From positions 3,472,001-3,536,000 of the forward strand of contig CM022673.1 of the NCBI GenBank assembly GCA_012295275.1: DNA of 64,000 nt, given 5' to 3'. Origin of the DNA: Chrysomallon squamiferum (Eukaryota > Animalia > Mollusca). Position numbers and translations under genes: made by a program. Below, piece after piece: positions 13,702-25,869 of this stretch (position 1 is the first letter of the stretch; the number at the start of each line of letters is the position of its first letter). The notes beneath the pieces were generated by a model. That model ran no database searches, had not been told where the DNA came from, and was given only the letters and a program-made list of their open reading frames with translations.

Positions 13702-13845
13702 TTTGACGTTAACTGGTATCCGGAGTTTAAACCGCCAATAATATATAAACTATAACAGCATTTTTTTATTTTATAGAAACCGATGAAAGCCAGTCGTTCG
13801 CTTAAATATTCTACTTTTCTTTAATCAATTTCCGGAAGAATTTGG
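13690..13845 (-). promoter_or_regulatory. Housekeeping-type proximal promoter of HSDL1
   Basis: YY1-like GCCGCCATTTTG overlaps the start codon, ETS-like TTTCCGGAAG lies near 13830, and CpG density rises locally. Confidence 0.4.
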
Positions 13846-14292
13846 ATCGACTAAGATTGTTTACCATTTTTTTACAGAATCACAAATAAATAAACACACA
13901 CACACACACACATACTAAATTATTTTCCTCCAGCACTAGATGCATCAGTAGATTATTTATTAACACTAAATGATGACTTTGATGTAATATCAAACAAGAG
14001 GAAAATATTTATTTTATTTTATTTTATTCATTCGTTTATTTTGGTTTTATACATACGTATATATCATATTTACCATTTCGATAAATGTATAATGTCCTTG
14101 ACGAATATCTACTCAAGGGTATTAAATATTAACTTTCTCTTTTAATTATTTAGCCAAATAAGGTAATTTGAAATTGTTTTTATATAACTAACATTTTCAA
14201 TGGATCGAAAACAACAAAACTTTCATTTTAGAGTTGTTTCCCTTACACCACAAAAATAAGATCTCGTAGTTTTTATTTTTAATTTCTTTCAT

Positions 14293-14328
<36 letters not shown>

Positions 14329-15504
14329 TATTAGTAGTAGTTATTTATGTATTTATTTATTTATTATGGTGACTAATAGTTTATAATTTATTTTTTAATA
14401 ACACGTTTAAACGTTTATTATTATTATTATTATTATTATTTATTATTATTATTATTATTATATATTTTTCCCACTTTCTGACGTCAACAGACTGTTACGC
14501 ATTGTTTTTAGTTTTATTTCTGTGTTAAGCTGATTTAATCTATTTCTCGTTCTGACGGCAGTATTATGCAACGTTTTAACAAGGTGATAAACAGCCATGA
14601 TGTTAACAAAGATTATTTGCCGCTGTCCAAAACACATCAATTAAGTTATGGTTACCGGTGCACAAATTACTTGTGAAATTATTACGTATTTTTTTAATCA
14701 CAAATTTATTACGTAAGCTATGCTGATTTTAGCATGATCTATAATCATGATCTAGCTAAAATAGGCAGATGGAAAAACGAACAAAAAACATCACATTACA
14801 GTAAATGTCTATAATGAAGATTTGTTTTAATAAATTTGTATTTTTTTCTCCTATTTACAGTCTGTTAAAAACAATGTATATATTAACTCACAAAAAGAAA
14901 TTTGTATTAATTATTTAATTAGTAGTATAGTAGTAGTAGTAGTAATAGTAGTAGTAGTTTTGTTATTATTCTTAATAAAGTTTATGCTATCATTATTATA
15001 TTCGCTCGAACTAAAGTTCTATTAATGAAAATAGAAATTATAAGGCAGAGGAAAATTTAATTGATCGTGGAAAAATACATTTTTATTGCAATAAAGTCCT
15101 CCTATCGATTCCGGAAATCGTTCTATTTCCGTTAACTACAGTTTCTCGACAATATACATCTATTTCATCTTTATTACGCTAGCTATGCCATTATTAGATA
15201 TTCGTCGGTTTTAAAAGATTTTATTTTTATTTTTAAGTACATTTAATACAGAGTAAATCAATTCACCAAAATCAAGATTAATGTAATCAAGGTTCCTGCC
15301 TTTCAGAGACTAATTATCAGATCGGAAACATTTCATCGTCAAGTTGAAGTCCTGACTACTTGCGTAGAAATCGAATATTGAATAGATTTACTTTCAGATC
15401 AGCAGTTCAGAATGACAAGAGTAAAGTAATTATATAATTTTGTCTGCAGGATATTTTAACCATTTTCCAAAAAAATATTCTACGTTCAGAAATTATTTCA
15501 AAAG

Positions 15505-15544
<40 letters not shown>

Positions 15545-15861
15545 AAAAAATATAACAACAAACAACAACAACAAAAGACAAGACAAAAATGAAAATCTAA
15601 ATATTTAATGTATGTGTAAAAAGAAGAAATAGTTACTTATCTATGTAACGTCTTGAAAAAGTAAATTAAAAATGTATCGCAAAATAAAACCTTTCTGCCC
15701 GTCTTTCTTACAAACTAATTTATGAAATGTTAAAGAAAAAACTATTTCACATGTAGGTTTTGTGTGTATGTATATAATGTATGTAATGTGTATATAATGT
15801 GTGTATGTATGTATATATCTATGTATATGTGTATGAATATGTACGCACTTACGAATGTATA

Positions 15862-16040
15862 CATTAACGTTCTTATGTGTATGTAAAAGGAGATTCAGTT
15901 TACTGTCTGGTGTATACGTACCTACGATTAATGCATGCATGTATGTATGTATGTATCTATGTATGTATGTATGTATGTATGTACGTACATAATCACCAGA
16001 CAGTAAACTGAAACTCTTTTTACACTTAAAACGTAAATGA
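15862..16040. repeat. Small inverted repeat/hairpin (MITE-like) with a (TATG)n loop
   Basis: Perfect 19-bp arms TTCAGTTTACTGTCTGGTG (15894-15912) and CACCAGACAGTAAACTGAA (15994-16012), with imperfect pairing extending outward and inward. Confidence 0.8.
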
Positions 16041-16170
16041 TAACAGTGGCAAACAGTGACTTGCCTTATCATGTTTCTAGACAAATACATTTGTTATTTA
16101 TCAGGAATATACAGTGGAAATACGAAGCTTTGGGGTATTGTTGGTGTCAGTAGGTCAACCTTATTCAAAT

Positions 16171-16258
16171 GACTATAACTACCAAAGGGAATCACAGAGG
16201 AAAAGCCTAGCTCTTCGCCCCGCAGTTTTCTATTATATTGTCCCCAGAACTCTTCATT
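16171..16258. repeat. 88-bp dispersed direct repeat, copy 1
   Basis: GACTATAACTACCAAAGGGAATCAC...CAGAACTCTTCATT is near-identical (4 substitutions seen) to 17925-18012. Confidence 0.88.
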
Positions 16259-16515
16259 GCCAGAACTGGCAGTGAACAATGATATCATCAAGAAAGTAGA
16301 TAAATGACAGAATCGCCACCTGTTTCATTCGTCTCAGAGCTCGCGCGCTGATCCCCGTGGTGTGGACTGGTCAGCAGGATCGATAACACAATTTCACTCA
16401 TTTAAATAATTTAGTTCAAGAAAAACGAAAGAGAACAGAAGTTAAACAGTCTCTCTATTTTTGTGTGTGTATGTTTGTGCTTGTGCAGGAATGTATATGT
16501 GCCGGTGACTGAGTG

Positions 16516-16563
<48 letters not shown>

Positions 16564-16699
16564 TATCATTTATGTATTTAATTATTATTTTTTTTTTTTT
16601 CATTTATTTCTTTTCTATTATTTTAATTTCTATTCATTATATCTGTTTTCTTTTCTTTGTGTCATTTTCTCTCCTTGTTTTATATTCATCCTCTTTCTT

Positions 16700-16735
<36 letters not shown>

Positions 16736-17924
16736 CTTAAATTTTTTTTTATTGCTGTACTGGATTTAAGACAAATAGTTCCTACGTTTGATCTGTTTCT
16801 TTAAAATTATTTTTGGCATTGTTGTTTCGTAACCAACTTTCTATAATACTGGTTATATGTACGTACATGTTCATCTTTGTGTTCATTTATTTCTGGGTGT
16901 AAATGTGTGTGAGCTTATAAAATACTATTTAAAAGTTTTTCATTCTGCAGAATAGAAGCTATCCATTACATAATTATTTTTTTTTATAAATTTCACTTCC
17001 TTATAAACTTTTTTTTTTTTTTTTTTTTTTTCCCCGTGAAAATAACTAAACCTCCAGTGAGTTACGGAATATTTACAGCAACATAGCAAGAAGATCAAAT
17101 AACAATGACCAGAGGACAGAATGGTCTTTGGAAGTAACGGGTTTTCTAAATATGGACAGATAATTGCTTGTGCGCCTGCTGAAAAGAATGCCCCTCAACT
17201 GTCCTTCAAGGCGTTTCTCTCTCGAGGCTGCTTGACCCGCAGTTCGGTGCACACCAAGTCGTATGCAAATGAGGATCTTAAGTGTCCGTAAAGAGCAGTT
17301 TGAGAACAGCTCCTCGGGACTCCAGCTCAGGAATCGTTCATTAATTCATGTGCACAAAGCCCTCCGCCAGCCTTCGGAGGTCAAACTTTCCCCACAAGAT
17401 GATAACAGACAGACAAGAATTGTTGTTGTTGTCATTATTTCTGTGTGTGGCGAACTGGTCAGTTTCTCTGAGGATTCCAATTAAGTTCTTATTTTTAGCA
17501 CCTCTTCGGTGTACTGTTATAGAAATTATAGAAACTGCTCGCTCTTTTTCAGTCTTTATATACAGATATATAAGACTGTGTATGTGGGAAAGATTGTGTA
17601 ATGATATTAACATGAAAGAATATCTACGTTAGAAAACAAAATTTAGTTACTTATTTAAATGGATTTGAAAATTATTTATATTAATGAAATCTTTTATTGA
17701 TAATACTTTATTATTTCAAAATCAGCAATATACAAAGGAAAAAACAACAACTGGAAATTAATTATAAATTCAAAATGAGTAATATCCTTTTACCGGGAAC
17801 ATTCTGAACTGATAAATGTTTTTACTTCATTCTTCTTTTTTTTCTTTACCTTATATTTTACATTTTCAAATGTAGGTAGGCCAGACTGCACTATCGGCAG
17901 TATTTGTAATAAATTCACAACTTA

Positions 17925-18012
17925 GACTATAACTACCAAAGGGAATCACGGAGGAAAAACCCAGCTCTTCGTCCCGCAGTTTTCTATTATATTGTCCCCA
18001 GAACTCTTCATT
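17925..18012. repeat. 88-bp dispersed direct repeat, copy 2
   Basis: Matches 16171-16258. Confidence 0.88.
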
Positions 18013-20149
18013 TTCAGACAATTTACTCACTTGATTGTCCAGGAAATTCTCCCTGAGAAACAATTTATTTATTCTGATGTCATTAAACCAGACAATCTAC
18101 TCAACCAAAATGCCCTAGAAATTCTCCCAGACAAGCAGGGATAATAAACATTCAACTGTTCATCTTCTAAAATTCGCTGATTCATTTGACCCACATTCTG
18201 AAATAGGAAAGATTCAAAGCGAGAGGACTAAAGACAGAACGATTATTTTTACCTTCTTTTTTTTTCTTTCTTTCTTTCTTTTTTATTATTATTTGTTTAT
18301 TTGGTTGGTTGGTTGGTTTTCTTTCGTTCTACAGCTGGGCTACCTAATTTCCGTTCCTGTGAGTCGGTTTCGTTGAATTTGATGTTTAGCGTGGCGGATC
18401 CCTGCTGAAGGTTTGGTCGTTGATTCAGAAGCAAAAGGCAGAGTCCAATTTCCGCACGTTTAATTTAGCTGGATTTTTCAATTTCCTCTTAATCGTGTTT
18501 AACTAGCATTTCTCAGCGGTCTGCCGCACAATGTATACAAAGAAAATACGGCGAATATCATTTCAGAAAGTGTTTGATGAAACAGTGTCACTCGTTATTT
18601 AAATAGCTGATGTTCCCACTAAGTCTGTTTATTTATTTATATATTTATTGACTGATTTATTGATTTTTAATTTTTTATTTATGTATGTATTTATTTTATT
18701 TTATTTTATTTTATTTTATTTTATTTTATTTTTTATTTTTATTTTTATTTTTATTTTTATTTTTATTTTTATTTTTATTTTTATTTTTATTATTTTATTA
18801 TTTTATTTTATTTCATTTCATTTCATTTTATTTTACTTTAACTTCATTTTGACTTTGTTTATTACATTTTCTCTAACCTCTATTTTACTTAATTTCAATA
18901 TTTGTTTTGTTTGTTTTGTTTTGCTTTGCTTTGCTTTGTTTTGTTTTGTTTTGCTTTGCTTTGCTTTGTTTTGTTTTGTGTTGTTTTGTTTTGTTTCGTT
19001 TTATTTAAAATTTTATTTTATTTTTTATGTTTAATTTTTTTAATTTTTTTATTTTAACATTTAATTAATTTTATTTTAATATTTATTTTATTTTGTTTCA
19101 TTTTCATTATTTTATTTATCTTATTTTAATTTATTTTATTTTATTATAATTTATGCTAATTTTGTTTATTTTATCTACCCTTTATTTTTTATTGTATTTT
19201 CTTTATTTTAACCTTCTTTTTTCAGTATTTATTATCTGATCATAATATATATATATATATTGTTTTATTTTATTTTACTTCAACATTTTTTTCACTTTTT
19301 TCACATTATAAATATTTATTACATTTGTTTCAATATATATTTATTTCATTTAACATATATTTAATTTTAATATTAATTTTAATTTTAATTTTAATTTTAA
19401 TTTAAATTTAAATTTAATTTATTTTTATTTTATTATAATGAACTTACTTAATTTTTGTTGACTGCTACTATTATTTTTTGTTGTTCTTGTTGACTTTATC
19501 TTGAATTTAGATAAGTAAAACTTAAAATTAGAAATCTCAAATAAGCAGGACCTGTATATGTTCCATAACAAATCAGCATCTGACACAATAAATAATTATC
19601 TTAAACAACTGTATTGTTATTGTAGCTGTTTTTGTGTGTTGTGGTTGTCGTTGCTGCTGTTTTATTATTATTAGTGGTAGTCGTAGTAATAGTAGCAGTA
19701 GTAGTTGTAGTTGTAGTAGTATATTGTAAAGACATATTTTTGATTTATTTATTTTATTTTATTTTTTTTTGATTTTATTTTTGATTTTTTTTTTTTTTTT
19801 TTTCTGTTGTTGTTTTTATGTCTATAATCGGCTTCTTCACATAAATATATAAGATAATATTCAATCAATAAATAAATTTAAAAAAAACACGTAGTTGACA
19901 TACTTTAATCATAGGTGTAAAATAACAGTACAGTTCTAAAAATAAATAAATGTTATTGTAATAATGAACACTAATTTGCTAATATAATGATAGCATCTTC
20001 TCCCATATGGATACGTCAAAAATGACTAATGTGTGTCATCTAAATTAATATATTTTCTTTAAATCAGATTTAAAATGTGAGGTCTTTGAGGTCACTGAAA
20101 TATCTTACTATTTGTGGTTTATCTCATCTGTTTTAAAATATGTGTTTAT

Positions 20150-20248
<99 letters not shown>

Positions 20249-20789
20249 ACGGATCCGAAAACATCAGAACATATGTATTTATTTATTCATTTATTTAATC
20301 TATGAGTTCATATTAATATTGATGTGATTGTTTTCTTTTTATTGTCTTTCTTTTAAAAGAACAAAGAGAATCGCTTTCGAAATTTTTTGATTGTATTCAT
20401 GTCCTCTCGAAGAAAAAAAATGTTTTTTAGTGATTCCAAAAACGAATATAAGTAATAATAGAATTATTTAAGGAAAACAAATTTTACCGTAACAAAGATT
20501 AGCTATTGTTTCAAAAGCGAAATTTTACCATAGTAATGATTTGTGACCATTGCTATTAATTAACAAATTGAACTTTTATGAAATATAAAGAAACTACAAA
20601 ACAAGAGTGAATAAACGATTTCGAATATAAAAAAAAAAGTAAAAATAAACAAAATACCGTGCGTTTTGCAATATTTTCAAAATGACATAAAATATCAAAT
20701 TATATATATGACATGAAACATTTACATACATGAAATAATTATATGTACATATATATTTCACAGAGCAGTCCGTAGACCATATGCTTAAG

Positions 20790-20932
20790 AAAACATTAAA
20801 TATATTTGTGCATACATTTTTTATTACATACATGCTTATTCCTTTGTATGCTCATACATTTTTACTACATACATTCTTATTCCTTTGTATACTCATACAT
20901 TTTTATTACATATATGCTTATTCATTTGTATC
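20790..20932. repeat. ~40-bp minisatellite, 3-4 copies
   Basis: Unit approximately catacatttttattacatacatgcttattcctttgtatgct. Confidence 0.75.
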
Positions 20933-21167
20933 CAAAAGAAACTACAGCATATTATATCAATATTAGTAAATATTGTAATGAACTGTTTAAAAAAATATTT
21001 TAATTCTGTTAACGGAGAAGAATGTTTAATTATAAAATAGGTTTGTGTAAAAATGAAACTAAAATCATATTATTCTCAAAATGCAGAATTAAAGAAAAAT
21101 ATTTTTCCAGTTTTTGAAAAATTTACAAGTATGAAAACATTTTCCTATTTTAATGAATGTAATAGTT

Positions 21168-21216
<49 letters not shown>

Positions 21217-23044
21217 TAATAATAATAATAATAATAATAACAACAACAGTAAATAAATAAATAACAACACAACGGAATTCGTTAAAACTTTGCATCACTT
21301 CTCCTCCTACTTGATTCCATGGTTATTTAGCCTCGTTTTAAAGGAACAATAGGTTAACAACAAAACGAAAAAAAAAAAAATAACTGATAAAATTATTCTA
21401 TTCTGAAAAGAGTTTACGTTTAAAGTATTTACGGAAATGAGTGAAAATAAGTGGATAGGTTTATAGGTTTGTGTCAACTTTTCAACTACCACATACGTTT
21501 CTTTCTTCTTTTTTATTTTATTTTTTATTTTTTCGATATCACTGAAGACTTTCTTACAAATTTCCATTTTGACAAGAATTTATGAATTACAATTCATTTT
21601 ATTATTTGTTCTATTTAAGCTCGTATGGTGTATTCAGTTTTATATAACCACACACTCGCAAACACACATATATATACACGCAAACCGGTTCATTCTTACA
21701 CGGAACTCAAAAGCATAATTTTAACCAATTTTTATAACAAAGACTTGTGCTGTATTTAGTTTAACAAATCCATTTCCATCACGTTTAAACATTTCCAATC
21801 AACAACTGCGACAAAGTGAAAAGTAAAGATATTATATACAATATTTACATTTAATTGAATCGTTGTAAAAAGTGGTATTTTACTAAATATATATTTTTAG
21901 GTATAATTTCGGATAGGTTTCTTAATTATATTTCTTTTATTTAGCTGTTAAGATACTTTGCCTATACGTCTCAATAATTATAAAACTTTTTTTTTAACTC
22001 AGTTTTAAAAAACAGAGTTTAAAAATACAAAGGACTGGGATATCGGAGTGAAAATCCAAAGAGATTGGATTCACCTGCCAAGAGAATCGCTTTCTTCCGT
22101 AACTGATTTCCTAACATCTTAAGAAGTGAAGTCTGCCCATGAAGATGTAGTACAGTCCTCAGTTAGACAGAGACAAGCTTCACTTAAATGACTAACCCGT
22201 ACTTGGAAAACCAGAAACAAGTGTAAGCACTATTTGTTTCCAGATACTAAACAGTTACATCAGTTCCATAAACAATAAACTGTTAAATGTCATCATAACA
22301 GAATCGATTTCTAAAGTATACACCTCTTATTATTTATTACATGTTTACTGGGATTTTGAGTTGTGATAACGATAATTATAATTTAGTGTGAATCGATGTT
22401 TACACAATAGACGTATGTCTTAATAATAAACGTCAATTTACACTTTTCTGCGAATGTGAGCCCAAATCGTTATTTCTGTGAATGATATTACCTAATTATG
22501 ATTCAAGCCCATATATTATAAAACAATATTTTACCTATCTTTCCACCGAAAAGACATATCAATAATATTATTTCTTGGACAGGGGGTCAGTTATTCGGGG
22601 ACTAAACGTTAAAAGGGGATGCCATGGTAAGGCTAGGAAATGCTTTTGATACAATAAAAATTACTTCATTACTTAAATGATGAAAGAGAGACGAGTGATT
22701 TCAGATATATACATATTTATACTTGTTACTGAAACCGACGATGAGATATATATCTGCACGTTATGAAATCACCATTAGTTGACCATAGTTTGAACGAAAA
22801 TATATAATTATACAAATATCCCTTTCCAACCACAAAATGAATTTATGAACGTATATAATGATGCCCTAAAATAATAGGGATTTGGTCAAAAACAGTCACC
22901 AAGCTGCCAAGTACAGTGGCAGAAGTAAAAACATTTATCCATGAAAAAAATGTTTGGCACTCAAATGTATTCTGCCTGCAGTGCAGCAAGTTAACGCTGA
23001 AAAAGTCAAGTGAAGAGTTTTGCCCCCTGATCCCATAGAAACCA

Positions 23045-23161
23045 CTATAATACAACAGTAAACAGAACTATCATTGTGATCATGCAGCACAGCAAAAACA
23101 CGATGACACCGACGGCAACAGCAATGTTAACTCCAGCACTAAACTTCGGATCAGCGGTTAC
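23045..23161 (-). CDS. Putative terminal exon encoding a C-terminal transmembrane segment (VTADPKFSAGVNIAVAVGVIVFLLCCMITMIVLFTVVL*)
   Basis: Strong acceptor tttttttcttctttcag| at 23161, a hydrophobic open frame ending in TAG (23045-23047), and 3'UTR-like sequence downstream. No compatible phase-0 upstream exon was identified. Confidence 0.35.
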   Translation of the reverse strand, partial: VTADPKFSAGVNIAVAVGVIVFLLCCMITMIVLFTVVL

Positions 23162-23305
23162 CTGAAAGAAGAAAAAAGAAGTGAAAATGTAATTTAAACG
23201 TAATATATGAGCTCGGTGCTAGGTAACAGACAACGTACAATAAAGATTCATCTTTCGTTTCATTGTTCTGTGGCTGCTTGCTATGCTTTCCTTAGTTTTC
23301 TTGTT

Positions 23306-23336
<31 letters not shown>

Positions 23337-23767
23337 TTGTTTGTTTGTTTGTTGTTGTTTTTTTTTTATGTTTTTTTTTTTTCTTTTTGCTCGTTTTTTT
23401 ATGGTTTGTTTTCTTTTTCTTATTATTTATTTTTTTTCTTTCTTTATTTATTTACTTAATTATTTTATTTTATTTTATTGTATTTTATCTTATCTTATCT
23501 TATCTTTATTTACTATTTTTTTTTTTTAATTTTTTTTCATTTTGTGTTTGTTATTCCATTTTTTATTGTTGTTGTTGTTGTTGTTGTTGTTTATTTTATT
23601 TTATTTCCGCTCATTCTTCCGGGTTAACTAATGCACTGAACACACTGTGTAAAATTACGTTTTGTTTATTGTGTTCTCAGTACTGATGCTGGTGCTGTCT
23701 TTTGAGAAATAAACTTTATATTTCTGTTCGCTGACTGATTTATTTTGTCAGTTTTATGTTGTTAGTT

Positions 23768-23805
<38 letters not shown>

Positions 23806-24446
23806 AATGTTGCATCTGTTGATGATGATGCTTATAGAAATGATGTTAAGGTTGTTTTGATTTTTCATTAATCATGACTGCTACTTTATTTTGTTTGCTG
23901 TTGGTCTTTAAAGAAATAACACATACACAGACACACACAGACATACAAACACTTTTCTAAAGCACCAAACAAATCCGGGAACTACGTTGATTGTTTATAC
24001 ATTAACTAATTCTTCCTCACTGACTCATGTATTTCTTGAGAAAAAAAAACAACAACGCTACCACGGTGTTGTCTAGCGGGTATCAAATCTGTTTTTGCCT
24101 CAGCCGAACTGTCTATTCTCGTAACTGTTCCTCATAAAAAGAATATATAAACATTTCCGCTTCCCTACACTGACGTGGCATTCTGACCCTATCGGATCTA
24201 ATAGAATTAATTTTCCAGACAGACAGCCTAATATTCACACACAGGAGAAATCTCAAGACAGCCGTTAGTTTTCATAATAAGCAGACAAGTGCAAACACCT
24301 GCACTTTCAGAGTGAACAGCCGTAACAATGTCTGACGGGCGCAGGTTCGACTGTACATGTATTTATAAGTATGTACGTGAGCACATATTCATGAATATAC
24401 ATATGAATATATAAAAACATTCAAATATACATGTGTACTTACATAT

Positions 24447-24513
<67 letters not shown>

Positions 24514-24570
24514 AGAGTGAGAGTGAATATCTGACTATATAAATACATTCAAATACACTTATGTTCTTAC

Positions 24571-24673
<103 letters not shown>

Positions 24674-24697
24674 AATAATATATAAATACATTCAAGT

Positions 24698-24733
<36 letters not shown>

Positions 24734-24839
24734 TAGATATATCTTTAATTTCATTTCGTTGCTATGGAGTTCTTTTAGCTCTGACTTGAAAAACAGCAAC
24801 ATTTCCTACGATTTTCAATAATCAACACACAACACTTAC

Positions 24840-24948
24840 GCGGATTTACACGGGCGACAAAATCAATTATTAAAATCGATAACTTTTTGTCTTGGATGCC
24901 ACCGAAGACACAGCCTCGCAAAAAATACTGTAACAATGTTAGCGCCAT
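24840..24948 (-). other. Putative first exon with a short ORF, next to a CpG-rich promoter-like island
   Basis: Canonical donor C|gtaagtg at 24840 and AAATGGCG start at 24948. A CRE half-site and CpG-rich sequence lie at 24960-25090. Confidence 0.3.
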
Positions 24949-25689
24949 TTATGGACTATAAAATAAGCGCCACCAGACGTCATTAGAACGCTGCACGAAT
25001 TTGGCGCGAGTCGTGGCTCATCGTAATGAAATGACGGAAACCGCCGATTGCTCACGTAATAAAGTGAGATTTTCTCCGCCTTCTTCCGTACTACCAATTA
25101 GTTTTCGCTTTGTTTTAATCTCGTGTTTGCTCACTGATATATCACCAAGCAGCAGGAAGATTGAAGTGATACAGCAGTAAGGTTGGTGAATATATTTTCT
25201 GTGCAGAAAGTGAATTTTCAAGATTGGAAGGTACGAGGATCAAAACTAAGCAGCCATTCTTAGACAAAATTTAATGAAAAGTAGTAAAAAATCTACATTT
25301 TTTTTTTTTTTTTTTTTTTCTTTGACTGATATCCTCACACACTGACACTGTACTGGACAATCCCAGACTCTGGGCTTGGCCTCAAAAAATAAAACGTATT
25401 TGAATTTCAGGGTATGTAAACACGTTTCAATTCATTGGTGAAATGATATAGTTCTAATGTCAATTTTAACAATGTTAAAGGAAAGTGGTCAAAAAAAAAA
25501 AAAAAAAAATAATAAAAAATAATAATAATAATAATAATAATATTTCTTAAGATTTTCAATAATCAAACTAGTACTTTACACGGACGGATTTAAAAATCAA
25601 TGGCTAAAATCGAAGTGCATTCCAGAATTATTTAGACATAAAGGAAGGCACTAAAACAGATAGAAAGAGAGACACAGAGAAAAATGAGA

Positions 25690-25869
<180 letters not shown>

